Source of the DNA: Eledone cirrhosa
Lineage: Eukaryota
DNA: 64,000 nucleotides
Reading direction: 5' to 3'
NCBI GenBank assembly: GCA_964016885.1
Contig: OZ024742.1
Span: 25,172,001 to 25,236,000, forward strand
The notes beneath the pieces are model-generated. The model made no database searches. It was not told where the DNA came from and was given only the letters and a program-made list of their open reading frames with translations. Each line of letters starts with the position of its first letter. Position 1 is the first letter of the stretch. A program made the position numbers and the translations under genes. Below are positions 1 to 13,514 of this stretch, in pieces.

Positions 1-390
1 AAATAGTTACAAAGGAGAACTCCAGCATCTTTGTAATGTAGTTTGACACAAGAGACCTGATCTGTGGATATCACAAAACTGACAGGTTTATTGTGACACT
101 TCACTAACTCCTTCATCACAGCTGATACAAGGGTTCTTGCCAAAAAGGGCAGTTTGCTCATTAGCCAGGCTCCCTACACATCAGACATGATCCCTTCTGA
201 TTTGTGCTTATTTGCTAACATGAGGATGCCGTGGAAAAACTCCAGCTTTATGAGCTGAGAGGACATGATATAGGCTGTAACATCAGAGAGTCATTTTGGA
301 AGAAGCATTTCAGATATGCTTAAAAAAGTAAAAAGTTAACTAGGCTAATTATGTGGAGACACATTGGTCAAACTTCAAAGGTCATTAGCA
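1..390 (+). pseudogene. Degenerate mariner/Tc1 transposase C-terminal remnant
   Basis: About 130-240 translates as LAKKGSLLISQAPYTSDMIPSDLCLFANMRMPWK, resembling the mariner PPYSPDLAPxDFxLF motif; disrupted by stops and frameshifts. Confidence 0.6.
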
Positions 391-769
391 ATTGAACTCC
401 ACCAAGTATGGTTTCTTGCTTGTCATGTTTCCTTGCCATGAAGAATCTGTAGGGGAATTGCTTCTCTGGTCACCAGATGCAAAGTACCGCATGGGAAGTC
501 CAAACATAACCAGCAGAACTCTTGTGGCGAAGGACACTGGCTCAACTGGACAGGATTTTTTTACTGTGATGAGAGATTGAGAATTCTTGAACACAAACTT
601 TGTCTATGCCTTACCTTCAATGGAGAGATGACCCAAGAAGAGAAAGAGAGAGGAAGAAAGAGAATCTGAGAGAAGTATGGAGTGTTTTTTTCACAGCCTA
701 AAGTTGGATACTTTATCGACAGAGCTCATATTCAGTTAATTGTTAAATAGTTGGCTACAGGAATGAAGT

Positions 770-772
770 GGC

Positions 773-804
<32 letters not shown>

Positions 805-832
805 CAGTAGTAGTAGTAGTAGCAGCAGCAGC

Positions 833-870
<38 letters not shown>

Positions 871-1885
871 ATGGTAGAACGGTAGAATTAGCTCCCAGAG
901 ACAATTGAGAATTACTGAGCTAGAAAACAAAAACTGTTCTTTAATTTCTATTGTTAGTTATACTTCATTGGTTGTGTAATTGTAGTTCTGGCAGCAGTGC
1001 TATGGTGGTGGTGGTGGTGGTGGTGGTGGTAGTGGTGGTGATGGTGGTGGTGGTAGTGGTGGTGATGGTGGTGGTGGTGGTGGAGTGGTGGTGGTGGTGG
1101 TGGAGTGGTGGTGGTGGTGGTGGTGTTGTGGTGGGGCTGTTGTGGTGTTATGGTGGTGCTGTGGTATTGTTTGTGTAATTGTAGTTCTGGCAGCAGTGCT
1201 ATGGTGGTGTTGGGAGTGATGGTGGTGGTGGTAGTGATGGTGGTGGAGTGGTGTTGTGGTGGGGGTGTTGTTGTGGTGTTATGGTGGTGCTGTGGTATTG
1301 GTTGTGTAATTGTAGTTCTGGCAGCAGTGCTACTGTGGTGGTGGTGGTGCTGCTGTTGCTGGTGGTGGTGATGATGGTGTTGTGATGGTGATGGTGTTGT
1401 TGTGATGGTGGTGTTGTTGTTGTGGTGTTATGGTAGTGGTTGTGTAATTGTAGTTCTGGCAACAGGACTATGGAGGTGGTGGTGGTGCTGGTGGTGGTAG
1501 CAATTGTGATGGTGATGGTTTTGTTGTGATGGTGGTGGTGTTGTGGTAGTGGTTGTGGAATTGAAGTTCTGGCAGCAGTGTTATGGTAGTGGTGGTGGTG
1601 GTGTTGCGCTGTTGTTGGTGTGATGGTGTTATTGTGGTGTTGTAGTGGTGGTGGTGTGGTGCTAGCGATGGTGGTGTTGTGGTGATTATGTTCTTGTTGT
1701 GTAATTGTAATTCTGGCAGCAGTGCTACTGTGGTGGTGGTTGTGGTGTTCTGGTGGAGGTGTTATGGTGTTGTAGTGGTACAATTCTAGTTCTGGCAGTA
1801 GTGCTATGGTGGTGATGGTGGCAGTGGTGGCAATGTTGATTGTGGTGGTGTTTGTGGTGATGGTAATATTCTTGTTGGTGTTGTT
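770..1885. repeat. (AGT)n/(GGT)n low-complexity tract with a recurring ~30 bp unit
   Basis: GTGTAATTGTAGTTCTGGCAGCAGTGCT recurs about 7 times within GGT/GTT-rich sequence. Confidence 0.9.
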
Positions 1886-2051
1886 GGTGTAGCCATGATA
1901 CCTTACAACCATAATATATGAAAATTTCTCTTCACTTCTTTAAAAAAAAGCTCAAAAACCCTGACCTTTGGTATTCTTACATCAACACCCCACCAGCCAT
2001 ATTCCTGTATAGTCCAGTTATACTGATCAAACATTCTTTTCTTCTTATAGA

Positions 2052-3718
2052 ATCATCATCATCATCATCATCATCATCATTTAATGTCCATCTTCCACGC
2101 TAGCATGGGTCTGGATGGGAATTGTCCCACTTGAGGCAAGATTGGTTGTCTTGCTCAGGACTGTCTGGCGGGTTTTCTACGGCTGGATGCCCTTCCTAAC
2201 ACCAACCACGTTTACAGTGTGGACTGGGAGGTTTTTACCGTGTTACCTACACGGCCACATTACAGCGTGGACTGTGTGTTTTTTTGTCGTGACACCTACA
2301 CGACCTCATTTATTTAGGACTGGATGTTGTGGTACCAACATAGCTTTACATCGAAAGGGGTGGTGTAGATGGCGGTGGGGGTAGGGGTACTGGGACGGGG
2401 GCATATTTTGGTTAAGAGGTGCCTACTGACTGTAGGTTTCGCTTTGTACTTAGGCAAGGCGGGTCTTCTGTATTACTATGTAGCGCCAAAGATCTCGGTC
2501 CTGTGACATTTTCTTGGAGAGGTGTAAGTGTGTGAGGTCGGATTTAATCAAGTCGTCCCATGTTTTTCTGGGTCTGCCTACTCCGTAGCTACCGTCTATT
2601 TTGATCGCCCTGCACTTTTTTATACAGCTGTCATCTTTCATGCGCATCACGTGACCATACCAACGTAGTCTTCTCTCGAGTAAACAGCATCTGATCCCTC
2701 TTATTCCTAATTTCTCACTTAGTTCATTTATGCTTTGCCGTTCACGTATATTACTATTACACATCCAACGGAGCATGCAAGCTTCGTTCCTCTCCAGTCT
2801 GTGTAAATCCTCTGCACACAATGCCCATGTCTCACTGCCATGTAACATCGCTGTTCGTATGCAGGCATCATACAGCCTGCCTTTTATTTTTAGAGAGAAA
2901 CCTTTAGCGGCCAATAGTAGTATAAGCTCTCTGAACTTTTTCAATCCCGTTCGGACTCTAGCTACTGTACTTTCGGAGCACTCTCCACCACTGCTGATTT
3001 TGTCATCCAGGTAACGGAAGGTGTCCACTATTTCTATAGAACCATCTGGGCAATGGAATGAGCTAGTATTCTGTGGGTATTTGCTGCTACTTATTGCACC
3101 AGAGCACCGGCCACATATAAAATCTATATTCTTAGTTGGCTTACCTGTACCCCACTACATCTTTTATGCACCCACACTTTGCATTTGGGACATAAAATGG
3201 AGTTTCTGCCTACTCCTTTCCTACACACTGAACATGGCCATTTCCCAGATGGGACCAGTGCCCTATTCTCCTTCCTACATATTAAGACTTTAGTCTTAGA
3301 CAAGTTAACTTTAAGGCCTTTTGATTCTAGGCCATGCTTCCATGTTTGGAATTTCTTCTCTAGTTCAGCATTAGATCATCTGCGTATAGAAGTTCCCATG
3401 GGCAGCCTGTCTTGAACTCCTCCGTTATAGCTTGGAGGGTGATAATAAATAGGAGGGGCCTAAGGTCAGAGCCCTGATGAACACCAACTTTTACGCTAAA
3501 CTCTTCACTATATTTGTTGTTAATTCTAACTTTGCTGACTGTTTCTTTATACATGGCTTGTATAGCTATCACAAGCCATTCTTCTACACCTAGTTTTCTA
3601 AGAGCCCACCAGATAATGGAGCGGGGGACTCTGTCAAAGGCTTTCTCCAGGTCTATAAAAGCTATGTAGAGGGGTTTACTTTTAGCTATGTACTTCTCCT
3701 TTAGTTGTCGTACAATGA
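2052..3718 (-). mobile_element. 5'-truncated RTE-clade LINE (RT C-terminal half, 3' UTR, (ATG)n tail), disrupted
   Basis: ORF pieces 3360-3572 (GVHQGS...LLYADD) and 2450-3028 (FRYLG, HGSETW, RRLRWYGHVMR, GRPRKTW); (CAT)n at ~2052-2080; same subfamily as 62061-63862. Confidence 0.95.
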
Positions 3719-4149
3719 AAAGAGCGTCTGTGGTACTTTATATTTCATTTGCGAAAGGGTCTGACTATTGTTAACATTTGCTTCATCTCTGGACGCTTTT
3801 TAGGGTCCCGAGATATGCAGACTTTGTGTTGTCATCCCACACCTCCCAGGAGAGGCTGTAGGACTATTGTCAACATTTGCTCCCTTCTGGACATGCAACA
3901 TCATTGGTGCCAAGCTGTATTGACCTTTGCCATTCCCTTGGACAACATCAGTAGTGTTGAGAGATGACACTGGTATGATTAGTCAACTGCTGGTCTTCCA
4001 CCAAACCCTGCCCAGAGTTTGTGTCTTGGTGGGGAAATTTCTAGGTATGATCCCATGGTCATTCTCTACCTCTACTTTCACATAACTGAGATCTGAGTAC
4101 TCAAAGCTCCTAACTAGTGTATATAGAGCTTTTTCACCTTGAAATAATT

Positions 4150-4640
4150 CTATCATCATCATCATCATCATCATTTTACGTCCACTTTTCCCTGCTTGCG
4201 AGGGTGGGACGGGTCCTTTTCAACACATCATCTCTCCACTTGTCATCTCCTCCATGAGTTTCAACGATGTGAGGTCTGCTTTCACCACCTCCGCCCATGT
4301 TTTTCGTGGTCTTCCTCTACTACATCTTCCTTCTACTGGGATTTCTTGGCACTTCTTTACCCAGTGGTCATCCTCCATGCGCATCACATGTCCATACCAT
4401 CTCAGTCTTCTCTCCTGCACACCACAACTTATCCCTCTTATACCCAGTTTCTCTCTCAACTCATCTATGCTTGGTCGTTCACACACATTGACATTGCACA
4501 TCCAATGGAGCATGCTTACTTCATTTCTCCCCAGCTATCGCATATCCTATGCAGTTGCTGCCCATGTCTCACTACCAATAATTCTAATCATTGGTACATT
4601 GCTTTCCTGAGAGAGCAAATGGCAAGGTCCACTGTCTGCA
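4150..4640 (-). mobile_element. RTE LINE 3' fragment (second family)
   Basis: ORF 4220-4513 with RRLRWYGHVMRM and GRPRKTW; short 3' stem-loop CCCT(T/C)GCAAGCAGGG and (CAT)n tail. Confidence 0.9.
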
Positions 4641-5307
4641 CATAACTGAGGGCTGATTGCTGGAAGCTTTTAACCAATGTGTGTAAGGTTTTGGTATTGG
4701 GTATAGAACAGCCTTATATATGTTTATATAAAATTGATGATTTTTCGCTCCCAAATATTTTATAGCAGAAATATGCCATTTTCTTTATTGTAAAGTTTAT
4801 TTCTTTTTACATAAAATAACAAGATTTACTAAAGAGGGTTTTCATGGAAATTACAATCTTTATAATAATATTGTTAATATTTAATAATTTCATGTTGGAA
4901 CTTTTATCAATAAGATGAAGGTTCTGAAGATAAAAGAGAATGGTTTAATTTTAATCTTAATATTAAAAGTTGTCGGTGTCTCTAATGTCCCTTGTGATGA
5001 CAGTTCTGGAAGGTATTATGAACATTTCTTCATAATTAATGGCTTCATTGAGTTTTGAAGTTTGGTAAACTATTTGTCCATTGATGGAGTCTTCACTCAT
5101 AAAAATCCATCTTTTAATCCGTTGATGGAACAGAATTAATATCTAATGAAAGACAACAGTAAATAATAATAATATTAATAATAATAATATTAATAATAAG
5201 ATGAAGAAGAAGAAAAAGAATGGTAATAGTAGTAGTAGTAAATATTAATAATAATAAGAAGAATAGCAGTAGTATTGGGAGTAGTAGGAGTAGTAAATGT
5301 TATTATT

Positions 5308-6302
5308 ATTGGATTGGCAGTATCGGTAGAGGGTTGGACACCATGCTTTGCAGCAAAAAAGAGTTACGTCCCTTTACGGTCTGAGTTCAAATCCTGCCGA
5401 GGTTAACTTTGCCTTTCATCCTTACGGGGTTGATATAATAAAGTACCAGTAATACACTGGTATAATTGATGGCCTTTTGCCAAAAGTAGAAACAATTATT
5501 AATAATAATAGAAGGGTGGTGGATTGGCAGTGTCAGTAGAGGGTCGGACGCCATGCTTTGCAGCATATAGTAACGGCCCTTTATGATCTGAGTTCAAATC
5601 CCACCGAGGTTAACTTTGCTTGCCTTTCCTCCTTACGGGGTCGATAAAATAAAAGTACCAGTCACGCACTGGGATCGATTTAATCGATTTTCCCCTCCCA
5701 CAAAATTGTTGGCCTTGTGCCTATATAAGAAGCCATTATTAATAATAATAGTTTCTTATATAGTTACGTCCCTTTACGATCTGAGTTCAAATCCTGCCGA
5801 GGTTAACTTTGCCTTTCATCCTTACGGGGTCGATAAAATAAAAGTACCAGTCACGCACTGGGGTCGATTTAATCGATTTTCCCCTCCCACAAAATTGCTG
5901 GCCTTGTGCCTATATAAGAAGTCATTATTAATAATTGTTTCTACTTTAGGCACAAGGCCAGCAATTACCCAGTGCATTACTGGTACTTTATTTTATCGAC
6001 CCCGTAAGGATGAAAGGCAATGTCAACCTCGGCGGGATTTGAACTCAGATCGTAAAGGGACGTAACTATGCTGGAAAGCATGGCGTCCGACCCTACCGAT
6101 ACTGCCAATCCACCGTCCTTATTAATAATAGCCATTATTAATAATAATAGTTTCTTATATAGTTACGTCCCTTTACGATCCGAGTTCAAATCCCGCCGAG
6201 GTTGACTTTGCCTTTCATCCTTACGGGGTCGATAACATAAAGTACCAGTAATGCACTGGGTAATTGCTGGCCTTGTGCCTAAAGTAGAAACAATTATTAA
6301 TA
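5308..6302. mobile_element. Cluster of about 5 tRNA-derived SINEs with a Nin/Deu-like central domain, in tandem and inverted orientation
   Basis: A-box-like TGGCAGTATCGG, B-box GAGTTCAAATCC, core GCCTTTCATCCTTACGGGGTCGATAAAATAAAGTACC; the 5930-6120 copy is on the minus strand. Confidence 0.85.
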
Positions 6303-6599
6303 ATAATAGTGGTAGTATTAGTTGTAGTAATAGTAATAGTATTGGTGGTGGTAGTAATAGTAGTAAGAAGAAACAAAGCATGAAGAGGAAGGAAAGGAGA
6401 AGAAGTGGAAGAATATATATAGAAACCTCTACAAGTTAACTTGATTTGTTTTATATAATCATTGATAGAATTATCTTAGAGTCCTCTATCACCAAATTAT
6501 AATGATTTGTTATGTAACAAGGAAACTGGTGAGATCGATTCTCACCTTGAACTACTGACAATTTCATAATGATACTAAATATATATATATTATGAATCT

Positions 6600-6995
6600 G
6601 ACCATGTTACAAACAAAATTCTATATGGCAACCCCTGCCCATTAACCATACCATTCGTATCAGATGTCTCCAGCTTGCAGGTCATGTCATGAGAGGCATC
6701 GTACCTGCTACATAACGTTTACCATGGGAGCCTACTAATGTGTGAAGCAAGCATGGAAGAGCTCTGAAGGCATTAGAGAGAGTCATTGAGGAAGATACAG
6801 AACTATCAAATGAAGAACTGAGGCAGTTAATGTTGGATCATGTGAGATGGAAAGGTTTTATCATGTCACCTCACAGATGCAGATTATCTTGTGAAGAACT
6901 GACGTAGTTAATGTTGGATTGTGTGAGATGGAAAGATATTATCATGTCACCTCAAAGATACAGAAAGGTTTTATCTTGTCACCACAAAGAAGTGG
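6600..6995 (+). mobile_element. Old RTE/RTEX-like LINE 3' fragment with a duplicated terminus
   Basis: Translates LYGN..IRIRCLQLAGHVMR..WEP..IEEDT..MLDHVRW; the final ~80 bp are tandemly duplicated. Confidence 0.65.
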
Positions 6996-9019
6996 ATGAA
7001 TTTAGTAGAAGTAGTAGTAGTAGTATGTTTGTATTTCAGTAATTAATCAAAAGCCTGGCCAGTGAGGGTGTCACTATGTAGTTTCTTGAACTCCCAAAAT
7101 CTACAGTCAAACCACTTATTAATCAGGCTAATGCTGTCTTAATTAAGGTAATGAACATTGGATTATGTAGTCTTGAATGATGGTCATAACTGGAACCTCA
7201 TTAATGAGACATTTTTATGATTAGGGATGATGTTTGGCTAAACAAGAACAATAATATTTTGATTACTTCTATAAATAATTCCTCCTCCCATTGTCATCAA
7301 TAAAACCACCACCACCACTGCCACTCCACCACCATCACTGCTACCACTACCACTGCCACTCCACCACCATCACTGCTACCACTACCACTGCCACTCCACC
7401 ATTATCACTGCCGCCACAAGCACCATCACCACCACCACCACTACCACCCCCCCACCACCACCACTACTACTACTGCCACTCCACCACCACCACCACCGTC
7501 TCCAGGGTTGAGTTGAAGATACCAGGGTGCATTTTTAACAACAGCAACAACAAAGTCATATTCTGTTCAATGAAAACTTGACTGATTAATGAGGGTGACT
7601 GCTGGAGGTGTCACGGAGGAGGTGGGTGCTTCTGTTAGTGGTAGATGGGTAGTATTGTTGAGATGAAAGAATGGTATTTAACTAATGTATTGGTATGTGA
7701 TGAGGCCCACCCACAGCCCCGGCGGACAGAATGGAGACGCGACTGATTATTTCAGCACCAAATGTCACAACTGACATCACCACTAGTAGTAGTCTTAGTA
7801 GCAGTAGTCTTTGTAGTAGTAGTAGTAGTGTTCCTGATAAGTTAGCAGTGGTTCACTATGAGTAACAGTTGAGCATTGGAGAGGTTCAGAAATTGCATAT
7901 TTGATATATTTACTGGACACTAAAAGTCTTTATTTTACTGCTGTTAATTCATATAGAGATTTTAGTGCAGGAAAGCTGGATTCTTTTTAATGTCTGAAGG
8001 TCACATTAATTTATGTGTAATATCTAATAGAATAGCAGTAAAGAAAATTTTATTGAGTAAGCCGAAAACTGTAATTATATTTATTATGAAAATGTAATTA
8101 TAAATATTTGAGTGCAAAATAAAAATGCAAAGTGACTTTTTAATGACATTATTCTGAACATTATTGTAAATATATTAGTAATAAATATGGGATGATGTGT
8201 GAGCAGGTTCTTAGAGAGAGATTTTACAAAGTGGACGAAGACTGTTATGCGGGGCTGGAGGTAGGGAGCTCACTTTTATAGTTTAAGATGACTGAGAATC
8301 TTTTTGAAAGAAGAGGGCAGGTATTTTCATGTCCCAGATGTACTAGCTCATATATAATCCTCTTTTAGGTAAAGGTATTTGACTTACAATTATATATTGT
8401 TGGTTCAATTCTTGGGCTGATATGTTACATTCTTGAGTAAAACATTTCATTTCATGTTGTTCTAGTCCAAACATAGAGGAAAACAAGTAACAGCAGTAGC
8501 TGGTGATTAACTCTGTGATGGACTGTTGTCCTATCCAGTGGGTTGTTGTGTAGTTCTCAGTCACTTAATGCCAATAAAACTGGGTTAACTCTTTAGCATT
8601 ATCCAGCCAGAATACTCTCACCTCTTTCTGTTCAAACCAGATATAACCAGTCGCTTATACCAATGTTAAGGTATTGTTCTCAAAATAAATAATATCATCA
8701 TCAAAATCTTGTATATTCGATATCATGTGAGATAATTATGCGAGATAAAACCTTTACCGCAAAAATACAATAGTAGTGTAAATGTTAAAGGTTTAAGGAC
8801 CAGCCTGATGCAGCTGTGGGCTTAGAAAAAAACTTCATTTTAACTTATATGACATATGTGTGAGAACAAGTGATTGGTAGATGTGGTTCTAGAGAATCAG
8901 TGGTGGTGGTCACTAGGATGGGAGGAGAGAAACTAAAAGTGTCTCAGTGAGTAATAGACGAGATAATTGTTCATGTCTCATTGCTATGATGTTTGAAGGA
9001 TTGTTAAAGAAGGCTACAG

Positions 9020-9420
9020 TTAGATATATGCCAGATTTAGGGGATGTTATTTTTCCTGAAATATTGACAAAGGGATTTATTGTAAGATAGATAACAGGGT
9101 TTTTATTGGGAGTGGGGGGAGGGGGCGTGGTATCTTTTGTGAAATATTGTTTGGGAGAGCTATAGTGAGATAGATGCTAGGTTTTGTAGTGGGGTATCTT
9201 TACTGAAATATTGTTAGTGAGGGCTATAGGCATATAGATGCTAGGTTTAGTGGTTGGGCTTATAGGGATATAGATACTAAGTCTAGCGGTGGGTTATCTT
9301 TACTGAAATATTGCTAGGAAGGGTTATTATGAGATAGATGAGAGGTTTAGGAGGGATATCTTTACTGAAATACTTTTAAAAAGTGTCGTACAGAGATAGA
9401 TGCTACGGTCAAAGAGGTTA
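9020..9420. repeat. Degenerate ~60 bp tandem repeat, about 6 copies
   Basis: Recurring TATCTTTACTGAAATATTG and GATAGATGCTAGGTTT. Confidence 0.7.
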
Positions 9421-9754
9421 CCTTTCCTAGTAAAGCCCAACATCATCTATGTTTACATATGTTGGGGATTGTTCAAAGAGTTTGGTAAACATAAGAACTT
9501 AATCTGGATTGCAAAACAACAATGACAGAAATAGATACAGACCTTTATTCAAGTCAAATTCATTAACTTCATTTCATCTATTAATTAGCCAGTGGCTATT
9601 TAACCTAATGCAGCTCATACTACTACCACTGCTGCTGCTGCTGCTACTACTACTACTACCACCAACACTACTACTAGTACCACTACTACGATGACTACTA
9701 CTACTCACCTTACTAGAAAACACCACCCCACACTGACTTAAAAATAGGAAGGGC

Positions 9755-9830
<76 letters not shown>

Positions 9831-10426
9831 ATACAGATATATTTCTAGATAATGGGTTGGTCATGGCTGGAAATTCTTTGATCATGAGTCTGCTCAATTA
9901 GGCTTACCTGAGGCAAAATATCCCAGCAACCTCAAAAGACGAATACCACCCCCACTGCCATCCCTCACATTTCACTTTATTATAAACATCGACCCCATTA
10001 TTATCACCACCAACACCAACACCACCACCAACACCACCACCACCAACACCCTTATCATCCATTACACCATGTAGCAATTCCTTCTCCCACCACACACACG
10101 ATATTAACATGTTTCACGAGTCTACATCAAATATATTTACCTAAAATATTATTGACTTAATGTAGAGTTGTCTGCTCTTGTGTGCTGATCAGGGAAAAAA
10201 AAGGAACATAGATAGATAGAGAGAGGGAGAGAGAGAGAGAGGGGGGAGTTGGATGGAGGGATAGATTCCTGAAGGACTTCATACACATACAGAGTTTATA
10301 CATATATGCGTGTGTATACATGTGTATATATATGTATGTGTGTGTATATATATATATATGTCTGTGTGTGCATATATATATATATATGTCTGTGTATGTA
10401 TATATTTATATATGTGTATGTATATG

Positions 10427-10487
<61 letters not shown>

Positions 10488-10574
10488 TTGTGTTATATAT
10501 ATATATATATATATATATATGCAATATGACAAGGTGAAACCATATGGCTCACGTTCAAACCTTTACCTCACCAA

Positions 10575-10920
10575 TATAATCATTTTTCCTACTTTAGGCA
10601 AAAGGCCAGCAATTTTGGAGGAGGGGAAAGTCGATTAAATGGACCCCCAATGCATTACTGATGCTTTATTTTATCGACCCCGTAAGGCAAATCTAACCTC
10701 GGAAGGATTTGAACTCGGGTCATACAGGGTGTAACCCTATGCTTTAAAACATATCGTCCGATGTTCTACTGATACTGCCAATCAACTGCCTTCACCAATA
10801 TAATAATTGTTTCTATTTTTAGCACAGGGCCAGAAATGATCTCAGTGTATTACTGGTACTTTATTTTATCGACCCCGTAAGGATGAAAGGCAAAGTTAAC
10901 CTTGGCGGGATTTGAACACA
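10575..10920 (-). mobile_element. Two Nin/Deu-type SINE copies
   Basis: TTTATCGACCCCGTAAGG and GGATTTGAAC, reverse complements of the 5.3 kb SINE core. Confidence 0.8.
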
Positions 10921-11249
10921 CATGATAATTTCTGTGCATATATCCACAAGGATTTCTGTCTTTAGCAATTATATGTATTGTACTTAAGTATTTAATTGAA
11001 TAATCTGTAAAATTAATCATTTTGTTACAAGTTAGTATTGCTCTCTTGCCTTGAAATAAATGTTGCATCATACAATCTATCTTCCCTTATATCCATATAT
11101 AGTTTGTTGTTTCTGAAGATAGACAGCAGAGGTGATGTGTTTTTTAGACATTGATGAGGAATTGTATTTTGTTATCGATTATTTTGCACACTAATAATTT
11201 TGTTCTTTGAAATGATCGTAATTAAATACATAATATTTTTTCTATCTTC

Positions 11250-11730
11250 TCATTAGTTGGAGAGCAAGTCGATGGAAGCCTTGGAGTTGGGAGACCGAAG
11301 GAGACCTGAAATGAGCTGATAAAAGCTGATTTTTTCCAATTGCATCTCTCAAAGGCGATGACACAGGATCGAGACCTCTGGCGTTATGCAGTATTACAGA
11401 AGATCTGACTTATCGCGTGTACAAGTCGAAGCTCAAGCATATAGATAGTATGCTCCCACCCAACTCCCATTGTAAAGTGGTTGTGTAGGTGTCACAACAA
11501 AAAAAAAAACACCCAGTCCACACTGTAAAGTGGTTGTGTAGGCGCCACGGTAAAAAGCACCCAGTACTCACTGTAAATAATGTTGGTGATAGGAAGGGCA
11601 TCCAGCTGTAGAAATCAAGCCCAAATCAGTTCTCTATGAGCAAGACATGGTCACTCGACCTGGCATGCCCACAACAGGACAACCTGTCTAGCCCATTGCA
11701 GCATGGAAGAATTAATGTAAAATGATAATG

Positions 11731-11732
<2 letters not shown>
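11250..11732 (+). mobile_element. RTE LINE 3' end (ORF tail plus 3' UTR)
   Basis: GVGRP..T...IKAD..QDRDLWRY remnant; 48 bp 3' UTR subrepeats; GGAAGGGCATCCAGC; terminal stem-loop. Confidence 0.85.
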
Positions 11733-11761
<29 letters not shown>

Positions 11762-11770
<9 letters not shown>

Positions 11771-13041
11771 TAATATTTGATGAACATTTACATGTTATAG
11801 TTGCAATTGACTAATAAGATCGCTAGAGTGAAAAATCTTAATTCAACAACATAAGGTCTGCCTGTACGATCTAGAAAATAATAAATCAATACTCACAGAC
11901 TCATATGGGCAAAAAGCCTTGGTACCTAGACACGTTTAAAATTCAAAATACAAACTTTTTCCGCAGATCGGTCAGAACTTCAAACTTCAAACATGTTTCA
12001 CAAAGGATGGTATAATAGTAAAATAATTAACTAATTAGCAGTGAGTTAATCAACTTTTTCTGTGTTTATCAATAGGTACCCAGATAAAAATAAAATAACT
12101 CAACCTTAGAAAAATATCTAAGGTCTGGTTAGCGTAGCGAAAATACACGAGGTTTTGCACACGGCTTATTCCAGTCCTCTAACGTCCCACACATAGTGCT
12201 AGAAATAACAGCCGTTTATATGGGATTACAAAATTCAGCTCACCTGGGGGAGCAGTGATAAATAGCTTAGAGTTTAGACTCAAAGAGGTCATTTACAATC
12301 ATTTCAGCTCTAGAAATCGCTTCTGAGCAGTATAAATTAATATTTGATGAATATTTACATGTTATAGTTGCAATTGACTAATAAGATCGCTAGAGTGAAA
12401 AATCTTAATTCAACAACATAAGGTCTGCCTGTACGATCTAGAAAATAATAAATCAATACTCAGACTCATATGGGCAAAAAGCCTTGGTACCTAGACACGT
12501 TTAAAATTCAAAATACAAACTTTTTCCCCAGGTGAGCTGAATTTTGTAATCCCATATAAACGGCTGTTATTTCTAGCACTATGTGTGGGACGTTAGAGGA
12601 CTGGAATAAGCCGTGTGCAAAACCTCGTGTATTTTCGCTACGCTAACCAGACCTTAGATATTTTTCTAAGGTTGAGTTATTTTATTTTTATCTGGGTACC
12701 TATTGATAAACACAGAAAAAGTTGATTAACTCACTGCTAATTAGTTAATTATTTTACTATTATACCATCCTTTGTGAAACATGTTTGAAGTTTGAAGTTC
12801 TGACCGATCTGCGGAAAAAGTTTGTATTTTGAATTTTAAACGTGTCTAGGTACCAAGGCTTTTTGCCCATATGAGTCTGTGAGTATTGATTTATTATTTT
12901 CTAGATCGTACAGGCAGACCTTATGTTGTTGAATTAAGATTTTTCACTCTAGCGATCTTATTAGTCAATTGCAACTATAACATGTAAATGTTCATCAAAT
13001 ATTAATTTATACTGCTCAGAAGCGATTCCTAGAGCTGAAAT
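11762..13041. mobile_element. Insert next to (TA)n with a partial tandem plus inverted structure (567 bp unit), PLE pseudo-LTR-like architecture
   Basis: 11766-12332 restarts at 12333 and runs to ~12527; ~12526-13041 is a near-perfect reverse complement of unit sequence; no hammerhead recognised. Confidence 0.7.
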
Positions 13042-13077
13042 ATTTATTTATTTATTTATATATATATATTTATTTAT

Positions 13078-13340
13078 TTATTAGAAATGTAAGCTATCGC
13101 CGTATTTTGACTAAAGAAATTAAAGAAATTATTTAGCCTGATAGTTGGGTTAAGAAACCTCGGAGAAATGGAAAAAGATGAGTATTGACGTACAGTACGT
13201 CAATACTCATCTTTTTCAATTTCTCCGAGGGTTCTTAACCCCACTATCAGGCTAAATAATTTCTTTAGTCAAAATACGGCAATAGCTTACATTTCTAATA
13301 ATTTCAAACCAACTCGCTGTTTCGAAAATATTCTTACATA
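13078..13340. repeat. Fold-back inverted repeat (~110 bp arms) with an asymmetric tail
   Basis: Centre GACGTAC-A-GTACGTC at ~13193; arms end at ~13302; TA-rich flanks. Confidence 0.85.
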
Positions 13341-13514
13341 TATAGATATATATTTATAAAGAGAGAAAGAAAGAGTGTCTGCAGTGCTGAAATCAGAGAG
13401 ACCATTAATCATGGGTGTACTCAATGTAGAGGGAGATGCAGAGTTGGTAAACAGCTAGGTAAAATCATGACCACAGCTTCAAGCGGTTTCATCTCTCTCT
13501 CTCTATATATATAT

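Noticed and set aside
12285-12340. Hammerhead-like CUGCUCA...GAAAU on the minus strand
   Set aside because: Core has multiple substitutions and the stems cannot be formed convincingly
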